From assembly GCA_041666915.1 (NCBI GenBank), contig JBAYFZ010000001.1:137086-201085 (forward strand): a stretch of 64,000 bases of DNA, given 5' to 3'. Made by a program: the position numbers and the translations under genes. Shown in pieces: positions 41,529 through 51,224 of this stretch. Source of the DNA: Minisyncoccota bacterium. GTDB lineage: Bacteria > Patescibacteriota > Minisyncoccia > Phycocordibacterales > PALSA-1337. Within the stretch, counting starts at the first letter, position 1. The number at the start of each line of letters is the position of its first letter. A model generated the notes under the pieces. The model was given only the letters and a program-made list of their open reading frames with translations, searched no databases and was not told where the DNA came from.

Positions 41529-42464
41529 TTAATCGGATTTCTTATTTGAATCCTTACCAGAATCACTTTTTGGAGTAGAAGTTGCGTTGTTACCCATATT
41601 TATATTTAACTTCTCCCTTTCCTTATCACCCTTTGTTAGAAGCTTAATAATAGTATTTGCTTCGTTCTTGGCAGAAGTGAGATCTCCATGAGCAACCTTT
41701 ATCTTTGCACGAGCAGACTGTAGAGCCTTCGTAGTAGAAGCCATCATACCTTTGTCTCCTTGATCAGGGATAAGGTTTGCAACATCCGTAATGGCTCCCT
41801 GAGCTTGTATTTGAGCATCAGCAACCTTGGAATTGAACCTTACAAGAGCTTCCCTAGCCGAAGCAATATTTGCCGATGTTATTTGACTTGAAGTTGCCTG
41901 ACTATTCAGACGAGCTTCCAATTTTGAGCTGACTATAGACATCATGCTTACCATTGTGGTTATTCTATCTGCTGACGCAATGATATTCATCTTTGGCATA
42001 AACAAAGCGTAAACGCGATATTTACTAGTTATAGAATCACGAGCTTCTTTTAGTGTCGTCGTTGAATTTGTAGTATCTATCGTGTTTTTAAGTTTGTTGA
42101 GCTCAGCTACAAGTTCGTTGACGTTTGAGGCGATAAAAGATTCATCATTATCGGATAGATTTTTGAATTCCTTAATCCTCTCTTGAAGTTTCTTTAAATC
42201 TTCTATCCTCTTTTCAAGTTCCTTATCAGCCGCTGTTTTGATTCTCTCAATCTTTTTTTCTGCCAATTCCCCCTTTTTTTCTTCAATTTCTTTTTTGTTA
42301 TCTGTTGAGGAAGCTGATCTGGTCTCAATCTCATTCTCAACCTCTTGATCATCTGAAGAAATTTTATTTACACGTCTTTCTTCAGCTGAAACTGAAGATA
42401 TTGTGATAAATAAAGCAAAAACCATAGAACATACTATAAGTGGAATTGTTGTTTTGTTTTTCAT
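41529..42464 (-). CDS. Secreted coiled-coil hypothetical protein
   Basis: Signal peptide followed by a charged helical sequence. Confidence 0.8.
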   Translation of the reverse strand: MKNKTTIPLIVCSMVFALFITISSVSAEERRVNKISSDDQEVENEIETRSASSTDNKKEIEEKKGELAEKKIERIKTAADKELEKRIEDLKKLQERIKEFKNLSDNDESFIASNVNELVAELNKLKNTIDTTNSTTTLKEARDSITSKYRVYALFMPKMNIIASADRITTMVSMMSIVSSKLEARLNSQATSSQITSANIASAREALVRFNSKVADAQIQAQGAITDVANLIPDQGDKGMMASTTKALQSARAKIKVAHGDLTSAKNEANTIIKLLTKGDKEREKLNINMGNNATSTPKSDSGKDSNKKSD

Positions 42465-42490
42465 ATTTGTATATTGGTTATGGTTAATAA

Positions 42491-42781
42491 TTATTTTATT
42501 GTCATACCCTGATCAACATTGGCTGCGTCAGCGTTCAAAGCTTCTACTTGTTTACTAAAAGCGTCAAGATCATTTTGTATAGCCGTAGTAGATGTGTCTG
42601 TCTCCGCACTAAGTCCTGTACCTGCTGTGTTAGGTTCTTTTGGTGGTGGAGTTACGACGGTTTCAGTTACTATTGGTGTTGGTTCTACTTTTACTTGCGA
42701 ATTGTTGTACCAAATCCAACCTATTACGATAATAACTAGTATAATCACTAGAGCAATACCCGTTTTTGCTGTTGTTGTCAT
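42491..42781 (-). CDS. Small membrane-anchored hypothetical protein
   Basis: N-terminal TM segment, P/T linker, C-terminal helix. Confidence 0.75.
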   Translation of the reverse strand: MTTTAKTGIALVIILVIIVIGWIWYNNSQVKVEPTPIVTETVVTPPPKEPNTAGTGLSAETDTSTTAIQNDLDAFSKQVEALNADAANVDQGMTIK

Positions 42782-42891
42782 ATGATTTTTAATTTAAATA
42801 TTAATTGGTAATTCGTGTCACGGAGTTTGACGGTAGTCGTAAAAAACGGCAGTCAAACTCACCTTCATGTATCTTACCACAGTTTTGTTAT

Positions 42892-43013
42892 TGTCATTCC
42901 CGCGAAGGCGGGAATCCAGAATTATTACGAATCAATAATCTATATTTTGTGGTAACCATGGATTCCCGGTCCATTCGACACGATTTTGCTAAATCGCCTT
43001 TGCGGGAATGACA
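42892..43013. repeat. REP/MITE-like element with an interrupted right arm
   Basis: Left arm identical to the 17296 copy, interior very similar, right arm split by an insertion. Confidence 0.85.
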
Positions 43014-43150
43014 CAACACTGAGAATGACAAGCAAATAACTTTTCCACTGTTTGTCCACCTTTTTTATTTGGAGATATAAAAATTGCACGTGCTACAATT
43101 AAACAACTCAATTATATTTTTCACATAATTTTGTTTAAGAATTTTATTTC

Positions 43151-44530
43151 ATGGACACTGCTTCCCCTTATTTCAAAACTAGAGACCTCAAAATTCCGCC
43201 TCACAGTTTGGAAGCGGAAAAAGCTCTTCTTGGGTCCATCATGATCCGTGGTGAGGCAATGCATGACATTGTTGATATTGTTGGCGAACAATCTTTCTAT
43301 TCAAATATTCACAGAATGGTTTGGTCAGCTTTGTTGGAACTTCATACCAAAGGTTCTCCTATTGATGTTCTCACTTTGTCGGCCCGCCTCAAAGAAAAAG
43401 AGCAATTGGAACAGACTGGTGGCATGGCTTTCCTCACTGAACTCATCAACACGGTTCCTTCTTCTACTAACGCCAATCATTACGCTGAAATAGTTGAGAA
43501 AAAGCACAGCATGCGCGAACTTCTACGTGCAGCTGAGCAAATATCTGGTCTTGGTTATGATGAAGAATCAGAATTACATGAACTTTTGGAAAAAGCGGAA
43601 AAAGCCTTATATCATGTAACCAATAAGACAGGCTCACACAAATTTGTTGCTCTAAAAGACACTTTACATGAAGCATGGGAACGTTTGGATCATTTACACA
43701 AGACTACGGGTGAGCTTCGAGGTGTACCTTCTGGTTTTGCAGAGATTGATGCCAAACTTTCTGGTTTCCAAAAGTCTGACCTCATCATTCTCGCTGCCCG
43801 TCCTTCTATGGGAAAAACTTCCCTTGCTTTGGATATTGCACGTAAAGCTGCCGTCAATCACAAAGTTCCAGTCGCTATCTTTTCTCTAGAAATGAGCTCG
43901 CAACAATTGGTGGATCGTATGCTTTCTGCAGAATCACAAGTTGATAGTTGGAAGATACGCACCGGTCACAATCTTTCGGTTGAACAAGATTTCAAAGCTA
44001 TCGGTGAAGCTATCAGCCGTCTCTCCGATGCTCCTATTTATATTGACGATGCTCCGGGCAATAATATTTTGAAAATGCGCGCCGTCGCTCGTCGTCTCAA
44101 AAATGAAAAGGGTCTCGGACTTATCGTTGTGGACTACCTCCAGCTCATGTTGCCAACTACAACAAAGAACAACGACAACCTTGTTCAACAAGTCACCGAG
44201 ATTTCCCGCTCTTTGAAAAACCTCGCTCGTGAACTAGAAGTTCCTGTCCTAGCTTTGTCACAGCTTTCTCGTGCCGTGGAACAACGTGGTGGTAAACCTC
44301 GCCTTTCAGACCTTCGCGATTCAGGTTCTATTGAACAGGATGCTGACGTAGTCATGTTCATCCATCGTGAAGCCGACCAAGACCTCGGTGGTAAGAAGGA
44401 AGAAGCTGAGATTCTCATTGAAAAGCATAGAAACGGTCCTACTGGTATTGCCAAACTATTCTTTGATAGTAAGAAAACTACTTTCATGTCTATTGATAAA
44501 GCGGACTTTGGTGGTTTTGAGGAGAAGTAA
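43151..44530 (+). CDS. dnaB: Replicative DNA helicase
   Basis: PPHSLEAE, AARPSMGKT, FSLEMS, VVDYLQL, LSQLSR, DLRDSGSIEQDAD, KHRNGPTG. Confidence 0.97.
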   Translation: MDTASPYFKTRDLKIPPHSLEAEKALLGSIMIRGEAMHDIVDIVGEQSFYSNIHRMVWSALLELHTKGSPIDVLTLSARLKEKEQLEQTGGMAFLTELINTVPSSTNANHYAEIVEKKHSMRELLRAAEQISGLGYDEESELHELLEKAEKALYHVTNKTGSHKFVALKDTLHEAWERLDHLHKTTGELRGVPSGFAEIDAKLSGFQKSDLIILAARPSMGKTSLALDIARKAAVNHKVPVAIFSLEMSSQQLVDRMLSAESQVDSWKIRTGHNLSVEQDFKAIGEAISRLSDAPIYIDDAPGNNILKMRAVARRLKNEKGLGLIVVDYLQLMLPTTTKNNDNLVQQVTEISRSLKNLARELEVPVLALSQLSRAVEQRGGKPRLSDLRDSGSIEQDADVVMFIHREADQDLGGKKEEAEILIEKHRNGPTGIAKLFFDSKKTTFMSIDKADFGGFEEK

Positions 44531-44533
44531 GGG

Positions 44534-44984
44534 AGAGGTAAGAGGTAGGAGTTAAGAGATAAGAAGGTAAGAAAAATGCAGACAACAATTAAGATTCAAA
44601 AATTTACTGATTTAGTTGTTTGGCAAGAGGGTCATAAACTTGTTCTTATGATCTATAAGACAACTAGAAAGTTTCCTAAATCTGAGATATTTGGGCTTGT
44701 TAGTCAGATGCAAAGATCTGCCGTTTCAGTTACATCCAATATTGCTGAAGGGTTTGGTAGGCGTGCTTATAAAGAGAGGTCTCATTTTTATTATATTGCC
44801 CAAGGCTCACTTACTGAACTAAAAAATCAACTTTTAATTGCTAGGGATATAGGTTATATTTCAGATGTAGATTATTTAAATATTGAGGAACAAGCCAATC
44901 AAACGCACAGGATTCTTCAAGGGTTTATTTCGAAAACCAATCAATTTGCTGGATCTTATCTCTTAACTCCTACCTCTTAACTCT
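44534..44984 (+). mobile_element. Putative mini-element: four-helix-bundle gene between heptamer-built inverted repeats
   Basis: 44534-44564 and 44954-44984 are reverse complements at 30/31 positions. Confidence 0.6.
44576..44980 (+). CDS. Four helix bundle protein (23S rRNA IVS-protein/Avd-like family)
   Basis: FTDLVVWQ, FPKSEIFGLVSQMQRSAVSVTSNIAEG, IAQGSLTEL. Confidence 0.93.
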   Translation: MQTTIKIQKFTDLVVWQEGHKLVLMIYKTTRKFPKSEIFGLVSQMQRSAVSVTSNIAEGFGRRAYKERSHFYYIAQGSLTELKNQLLIARDIGYISDVDYLNIEEQANQTHRILQGFISKTNQFAGSYLLTPTS

Positions 44985-44990
44985 ACTCCT

Positions 44991-45635
44991 ATGGATTCCC
45001 TTCACCGCCTAGAAGAAATATTTGCCAAATTCCCCGGTATTGGTCCTCGCCAAGCCAAGCGTTTTGTTTATTATATTTTAAATAAGTCACCATCTTCTAT
45101 AAGAGAATTTACCCAGCTCATTGAAGAGGTCAAAAAGTCTACTTTGGAATGCTCAATGTGCCACCGCTTTTTTACTCTTACCTCTAATCTCCTACCTCTT
45201 AACTCCAAATCTTCTCTCTGCCAAATTTGCTCCGACACTTCCCGTGACCAATCCAGCTTGATGATAGTCGCTCGTGATTCAGATCTAGAGACTGTAGAAA
45301 AGAGTCACGCTTATAACGGTTTGTACTTTGTCCTTGGTGGGACAATACCTATTCTAGACAAAGAACCAGATAAGCGTATTCGTTTGGAAATGCTTTTGAA
45401 AAGAGTTTCGGCGGTTTCGGCTCCCACTAGGTCGGACCTCGCGGAAATTATCCTTTCTTTAAATACGACTCCTGATGGTGAGAATACTGCTCAAATAGTT
45501 AAAGAGGCCATACAAAAGGTTGTTGGTGCCAAACCTATCAAAATCTCGGTACTTGGTCGCGGTTTGTCTACTGGTGCCGAGTTGGAATATGTTGACGGTG
45601 AGACTATTAAGAGTGCCCTCAAAAATAGGAGTTAA
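44991..45635 (+). CDS. recR: Recombination mediator RecR
   Basis: FPGIGPRQAKR HhH; CxxC..CxxC; YFVLGG; GAELEYVD. Confidence 0.94.
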   Translation: MDSLHRLEEIFAKFPGIGPRQAKRFVYYILNKSPSSIREFTQLIEEVKKSTLECSMCHRFFTLTSNLLPLNSKSSLCQICSDTSRDQSSLMIVARDSDLETVEKSHAYNGLYFVLGGTIPILDKEPDKRIRLEMLLKRVSAVSAPTRSDLAEIILSLNTTPDGENTAQIVKEAIQKVVGAKPIKISVLGRGLSTGAELEYVDGETIKSALKNRS

Positions 45636-45695
45636 AAAACGCACTATTTCTGGTGCGTTTTTCTTATCCCTTAACTCCTATCTCTTACCTCTACC

Positions 45696-46013
45696 CTACT
45701 TCAACGCATCAATCTTGACCTGAACAAAAGGCTGTCTGTGACCATTTTTCTTGAAATAACGGCTCTTTTGTTTGTAGTGAACAACCACAACCTTAGGTTC
45801 ACGACCGATCTTTACGACAGTTGCTTTGACTGAAGCCTTTTCAATGAAAGGTGTGCCAATAGTAGTATTTTTGCCATCATCAACTAGGAGGACTTTGTCG
45901 AAGACGATCTTGTCGCCTTCTTTCTGAGTGTCAGAAAGCTTCTCAATGCTAATAACATCGCCCTTTGAGACGCTGTATTGCTTGCCACCTGTTTGAATTA
46001 CTGCAAATTCCAT
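45696..46013 (-). CDS. rplU: 50S ribosomal protein L21
   Basis: FAVIQTGGKQY..GHRQP; start moved to MEFAV. Confidence 0.97.
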   Translation of the reverse strand: MEFAVIQTGGKQYSVSKGDVISIEKLSDTQKEGDKIVFDKVLLVDDGKNTTIGTPFIEKASVKATVVKIGREPKVVVVHYKQKSRYFKKNGHRQPFVQVKIDALK

Positions 46014-46062
46014 AGTGGAACATAGTATACAGGTTTTATTGGAACATGCAAGCAAAAAATGG

Positions 46063-46133
46063 AGGTAAGAGGTAAGAGCTAAGAATAGTCACAAATGCGT
46101 TTTTTCTTAACTCTTACCTCCTAACTCTTAACT
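46063..46133. repeat. Gene-less inverted pair of AGGTAAG-family arrays
   Basis: AGGTAAG AGGTAAG AGCTAAG, 22-nt spacer, CTTAACT CTTACCT CCTAACT CTTAACT; overlaps the rmuC stop. Confidence 0.8.
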
Positions 46134-47258
46134 CTCTTCTGCGCTCTCCGGCTTCTCTATCATCGCTACCTCTATACCTGGAGCCACTTCTGTAATGCGT
46201 AGGATGTCTTTGTCTACCTTTTTGAGTTCCTTACCAGCAGTATTGTAATGATTGACCACCGTAGAAAGCGAAACTCCCAATTTACCATGATATTCTTCAT
46301 ATTTCTTTAAGTGTGTACCGAGATCCGAGACCCTCTTGATGATATCTTTTGCAGTTTCTTCTATTTGTAGTGCCTTCAAGCCTTGTAGAACTGTTTGTAA
46401 ATACGCCAAGAATGAAGTTGGAGAAACGATAATAACTTTGTACTTATTGGCTGCTCTCTGAATCAAGTTATCGGTCTCTTCGGTTACGGCCCCGATTTTG
46501 TTGACCAAAAGATCATAGTAAATAGCTTCGTGAGGTATAAACATGAAGGCAAAATCCATCGTCCCTTCGGTTGGTCGGACATATTTGGCAGTCTCTTGGA
46601 TACGGATTTTCAAATCACCAACAAAAGCCTTTTCTAGTTTATCTCTCTCGGCTGGATTTTTTTCCTCAGCCAATTTATTGTAATTTTCCAAAGAAAATTT
46701 GGAGTCTATCGGTATAACTTTATCTTTAACGAAAACAGCCGCATCTACGATCTCTCCATTCTTGAAAGCATATTGCATCTGATATTGTCCTGGCGCCAAA
46801 ACATTTTTGAGTAATGTTTCTAAATAATATTCACCGAGGATTCCACGATGCTTGGGATTTTTCAAAATATCTTGCAGATTTTGTAATTGATCAGCGAAAG
46901 AGACGACCTGTCTGTTGGTCTCATCGAGCTTGGTCAAGCCTTGGGTAACTTCTTTGATCAATTTTGAAGATTCAGAAAGTTGAGCACGCATTGATTCCTG
47001 CATGTTTCTGGATGATTCATGGATCTTGGTATCTACGGCTTTGGTAAGTCCATCAACCTTATTATCTACGGTCCTAGAAAGGTCACCGACACGTCGGTCT
47101 ACGATACGTCCGAGTTCATTTACTTGTTCCAAGATGAGATTCAATCCTTGCCCGTCTTCCTTTACCGGTTCTTCGTTCTTACGTCTCATAATGGCAAAAA
47201 TCATGACAATGTTGGCTACGACGGCAATGACGACTAAAATGATGAGGGTGGTTTGCAT
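46128..47258 (-). CDS. rmuC: DNA recombination protein RmuC
   Basis: PKHRGILGE, IPIDSKF, DFAFMFIPHE, IVSPTS. Confidence 0.93.
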   Translation of the reverse strand: MQTTLIILVVIAVVANIVMIFAIMRRKNEEPVKEDGQGLNLILEQVNELGRIVDRRVGDLSRTVDNKVDGLTKAVDTKIHESSRNMQESMRAQLSESSKLIKEVTQGLTKLDETNRQVVSFADQLQNLQDILKNPKHRGILGEYYLETLLKNVLAPGQYQMQYAFKNGEIVDAAVFVKDKVIPIDSKFSLENYNKLAEEKNPAERDKLEKAFVGDLKIRIQETAKYVRPTEGTMDFAFMFIPHEAIYYDLLVNKIGAVTEETDNLIQRAANKYKVIIVSPTSFLAYLQTVLQGLKALQIEETAKDIIKRVSDLGTHLKKYEEYHGKLGVSLSTVVNHYNTAGKELKKVDKDILRITEVAPGIEVAMIEKPESAEES

Positions 47259-47355
47259 GGGGGTATTATAACAGAAAATTTCTAATTTTTAATTACTAAT
47301 TTCTAAGAAAATCCAATGATGTATTTTATTCTGGATATGATAATATTTCCACAAT

Positions 47356-48098
47356 ATGTTTAAGCCCACAACAGACAGGATAAAAGAGCTCGCGGCCGCT
47401 TACCCGGAAAAGATTCAAGGCCTTGAAAAGATCTTCGATAAGAAGACGAATATTTATATTGACTATGGCAATGTCCGTCCTTGGGCCAAAAAGCTCGGCT
47501 GGCATGTTGATCTCCGTCGTCTGATGCAATTAAATCCTTTGACACTATAAACGAAGTAAAGTTCTATCATGGCACCCTAAAGATAAATCCATATTCAAAA
47601 ATGCTGATCGAGGATGCAAAGCATTTCGATTACATTGTGAGGACCAAACCAGTCAAAATACTGAAACTATCTATTGATGCTTCCAGTATTCCCGCGAATT
47701 CACCTGAATTGCTAAAAAATTTTATTCGCAAGCCTTTTCTGGCAAAACTCAAGGTTGAAACTATAGAAACACTGAACAATGAACTTCGATTACTGAATCA
47801 GCAAGGCATTCTAGAGATCGAGGATCTGAAGTCTAATTTTGATGTGGAAATTGGACGCGACCTGCTTCGCGATTTTGAAAATAATAATGTCGAGACTTTT
47901 ATATTATGGAGTGGAGATAGTGATTTTGAAGACCCGATCAGTCAGCTACTTACAGATAAAAAGCATGTGATGTTATTTGCGACTTCTGGTAAAGTAGCCA
48001 GTGAACTTAGTGATCTTTGCGCCAAAGGCCTTAAGATTTATGATGTAAAGAAGATCAAGGAATTCATCTGCTACAAAAAAGAGATGAAGCTTTTATAA
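47356..48098 (+). pseudogene. NYN-domain (LabA-like) protein split by a frameshift near 47530
   Basis: IYIDYGN in the first frame; KSFDTINEVKFYHG..KSNFDVEI..LWSGDSDF continues in another frame. Confidence 0.8.
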
Positions 48099-48351
48099 TG
48101 CAAAGGGGACCTCTTGCGAGGCCCCCAAGCTCTGGAAAATTGACTGTTAAGGTCATCTAGATACTAGCAGATTTGAGGAAATTGTAAAGACCCCTTGTGC
48201 ATAACATCATATACAAAGGAAAACGCCACACAGGTTGGCGTTTTCTAATGATTAGATACAGTATAGACGATTGAAGTTAGAAATCAATATCTAGGTGTTG
48301 ATAACATATATACAGAAAAGACCCATATTTTATGGGCCTTTTTGTTACGGA

Positions 48352-49509
48352 TCATAGAGATTTTATTACTTTTTCCTGAGAAATAATATCAGTATAGATT
48401 GTATCCACTTCACTAGGTTTTATGGAGAAATTACTACTATTAATTTTAGCGATGTCATTTTTGATGCTTTCAAGTTCTCTTGATAGCGCATCACCAGTAA
48501 GGACATATCGAGAAATTCCGATCCAATATGGTATAAAGGCGTTGATAGTAGACGCATCGTGAGTTGATGTTGATACTTTGCTAAATGATGTTCTTATAGC
48601 ATTAAGTTGATGTGTAAAAATATTTTTTATATCATCTGATACTTTCGTTCCTTCACTCAACAATACGGAATCGTTATGTGAAGTGATTTTGAATACACGA
48701 GGAATGAATGAATACGTTGAGCTGTTATGCGATTGTCCGTACTTCCACCCGTATCTTCCATCATAAAATGTAAGGAATAATTCACTATTATTAACCCAAA
48801 AATCTTTGGCTTGTAATCCTCCTCCATACCAGTCTGTATCAATTGTTCCAATATCAAATAATTTATCCTCTTGAATAAATAAAATATGGGAATCGCCCGT
48901 ATACTGGTTTCCTTTGGGGGCATAGTCCTGAATGATCAAAAGTATATCGTCACCATATTCTATACTTGAGAGGTGACCGCAACGAAAATCTTCCTTACTC
49001 AAAGAGAATAATGACCTGGTTGAATTAGTAATCGATATTCTACAGATGTCCGTGTCATTACCAACATTGTAGTCACCCGTATCTATTAATTCTAGAGAAA
49101 AATCTTTTATTTTATAAGCTCTATCTGTTTTGATATGCACCAAAAATTTATCTTGATCATCACCAACCTCTTTAGTCTGAACATCGTCTTTGGTACGAAT
49201 AATTCGACTTTCGCCAGTACCAAATTCGGCACACCCACCAATTTCTCCTGGCTGTAATTTGTAACGACTGTCGTACACATCAAAAAATGATCCACAAAAT
49301 CTTACATTTTGATTATTCTTAGATAATATTTTCATAGCTGAATCGTGAATATCTTTCAAAGATTCCAGTTCATATCCAAAATCAAAAAACTTTTCCGGCC
49401 ATAATAGTTTACTATCTTCCTTTTGGTATATCTTTACTATATAGATGCTGGCAAAAATCAGGCCTACTAGAATGACGATGGCTGCTGTTTTAAAAAGAAT
49501 ATTTCTCAT
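48352..49509 (-). CDS. Membrane-anchored hypothetical protein
   Basis: 385 aa with an N-terminal TM segment. Confidence 0.75.
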   Translation of the reverse strand: MRNILFKTAAIVILVGLIFASIYIVKIYQKEDSKLLWPEKFFDFGYELESLKDIHDSAMKILSKNNQNVRFCGSFFDVYDSRYKLQPGEIGGCAEFGTGESRIIRTKDDVQTKEVGDDQDKFLVHIKTDRAYKIKDFSLELIDTGDYNVGNDTDICRISITNSTRSLFSLSKEDFRCGHLSSIEYGDDILLIIQDYAPKGNQYTGDSHILFIQEDKLFDIGTIDTDWYGGGLQAKDFWVNNSELFLTFYDGRYGWKYGQSHNSSTYSFIPRVFKITSHNDSVLLSEGTKVSDDIKNIFTHQLNAIRTSFSKVSTSTHDASTINAFIPYWIGISRYVLTGDALSRELESIKNDIAKINSSNFSIKPSEVDTIYTDIISQEKVIKSL

Positions 49510-49820
49510 ATAAATAAAGCGACCGCCTGAATAATGAAACCGACGATGACAAGATATATTCCCCTTTTACCGTTTGTCCTTTCATCACGCCTTCTCCGTA
49601 TGAAATCGCCTCGATACCGATTTATTTTCTCTACATCCGTGAGTGCACCAGACAAAGTTTTCCTAGAAGTCGCTGATGTAAAATGAGTAGTTGATGGCTC
49701 TATCGGAATTTCCGATATGTCCTCTATTTCCTTATCGGAAATAAAAAGATATTTTACGAGAATAATTGAACCCAGAACATTCAATACAAGACCTAACAGA
49801 TTAATAAGATCTTTCTCCAT
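49506..49820 (-). CDS. Small two-TM hypothetical protein
   Basis: Hydrophobic N- and C-termini; overlaps the next gene by 4 nt. Confidence 0.7.
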   Translation of the reverse strand: MEKDLINLLGLVLNVLGSIILVKYLFISDKEIEDISEIPIEPSTTHFTSATSRKTLSGALTDVEKINRYRGDFIRRRRDERTNGKRGIYLVIVGFIIQAVALFI

Positions 49821-49824
49821 TAAA

Positions 49825-50505
49825 CTACTTTTTTATGAGAACAAACCTATCGTGTTCATCCATCCAAGGAAGACTGCCGAGAGTGATATCCTTATTTAGA
49901 GCAGTCCAGCAAGGTATATGTTGAGTGTAAATATCTCCTTTTCTACTTTTTCCATATATTACTGAGCCGAAAAACGCGTATGTGACAAAGCCATCCTTAA
50001 CAGCAGTTTTATCACCACTCTGTATACGATTAAATATTCCACCTACTTTCTCCTTAAACCAATTCGATTCAGATTCTTGAAGATATTTTAGGTATTCAAT
50101 TCCGGGGATATAATGGGTGGTCCCGTAGTTTTCAACAACGAATTTTGCAACGTCAGCAACCGTAACCGCATTTTTTGCTATTCCAGATTTCTCACCGCTA
50201 CCTGAAAAATATTTTGGCAGTCTCTCAATAACAACCCTATCTGGTGATATATCTTCCCAATGCAAGGTTATAGTGTCAGGATTGATAGTAAAATTACCGA
50301 ATTTAGATGCCTTATCGGGTTTTGCATTCCATTCGTTTATATTCGCCAAAGTATCCCATGACTGTTCTTCTGGGCGAACCAAAAAAGGTTTAACTTCGGC
50401 CTTCTGCATTGACTGGTCATCAATGTGTAACTTTTTTACGAGATACTCAACAACAAAAGGGTGAAGTTCTCTTTCTATTTTTTCCAAATTGATTTTTTCA
50501 GTCAT
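49825..50505 (-). CDS. Hypothetical protein
   Basis: Start moved to MTEKI, coupled to the upstream stop. Confidence 0.65.
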   Translation of the reverse strand: MTEKINLEKIERELHPFVVEYLVKKLHIDDQSMQKAEVKPFLVRPEEQSWDTLANINEWNAKPDKASKFGNFTINPDTITLHWEDISPDRVVIERLPKYFSGSGEKSGIAKNAVTVADVAKFVVENYGTTHYIPGIEYLKYLQESESNWFKEKVGGIFNRIQSGDKTAVKDGFVTYAFFGSVIYGKSRKGDIYTQHIPCWTALNKDITLGSLPWMDEHDRFVLIKK

Positions 50506-50969
50506 AAATTTATTTTTTTGACATACGCTAATTTTAGGTAACTTGATGCTTTTTGACCTAAGAAATGCCAGAAAATCCAAAAGATTATTGCTCCACCGAT
50601 CAAAGACCCTACTCCGCTTCCGATATTGCCCGAATATCCAATTTCTGTAAGTCCATCCAATATAGGCTGCAGTGCAATAAAAACAAATGCACAAATAAGA
50701 GCTTTGTCTTTTAGTTTTATAAAGAAATATATTGTGACTATGCCTAGCAATGCAAGAATAAAGCTCGAAACCATTTCGAGAGTAATTACAGAGAAAAGAA
50801 CCTTTCGAATTTCATCTGATGTCATCACAGAATACATATTTTTAAGACCCCAAAAATTATCGATCTTTATATATGAAGCGATAACAATTACTACAAAAAG
50901 AAACATGCCGGATATACCATAACTTTCTTTGAAGCGTTTGAAAATATTCTTTTTATTAGACTCTTCCAT
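50502..50969 (-). CDS. Four-TM hypothetical membrane protein
   Basis: Start MEESN; four hydrophobic segments. Confidence 0.7.
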   Translation of the reverse strand: MEESNKKNIFKRFKESYGISGMFLFVVIVIASYIKIDNFWGLKNMYSVMTSDEIRKVLFSVITLEMVSSFILALLGIVTIYFFIKLKDKALICAFVFIALQPILDGLTEIGYSGNIGSGVGSLIGGAIIFWIFWHFLGQKASSYLKLAYVKKINL

Positions 50970-50973
50970 ATTT

Positions 50974-51195
50974 TTATTTAATAAAATAGTTGATATCCTT
51001 GTTGTATAGCTGAGCAAACTTTTTGACCTCCATAATATCCAAACGATATTCTCCTGACTCGACGCGAGAGATGTAAGACTGCGGGCGCCTCATCTTCTTT
51101 GCTACATCTATCTGTCGTAGCCCTGCGTCCAATCGAGCCTTTTTCATCCGCTCAATAAAGATCGCGTACTCCTTTGTCCGTATTGTCTTATCCAT
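50974..51195 (-). CDS. XRE/Cro helix-turn-helix regulator
   Basis: ARLDAGLRQIDVAKKMRRPQSYISRVESGE. Confidence 0.9.
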   Translation of the reverse strand: MDKTIRTKEYAIFIERMKKARLDAGLRQIDVAKKMRRPQSYISRVESGEYRLDIMEVKKFAQLYNKDINYFIK

Positions 51196-51224
51196 ATATA
51201 CTATAGCGTATATACAGAAAGTCA

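Noticed and set aside
42805-43011. 68-aa ORF containing CHSREGGNP
   Set aside because: It is a translation of the repeat element, with no other coding evidence
17296-43013. CRISPR array from the 27-bp palindromic repeats
   Set aside because: Copies are dispersed inverted pairs, not regularly spaced direct repeats; no cas genes
44576-44980. Diversity-generating retroelement suggested by the Avd-like protein
   Set aside because: No reverse transcriptase and no template/variable repeat pair with adenine-specific mismatches seen in the window
24140-46013. rplU and rpmA separated by about 21 kb, and gyrB without an adjacent gyrA
   Set aside because: Real, but operon break-up is common in reduced genomes and implies no new function
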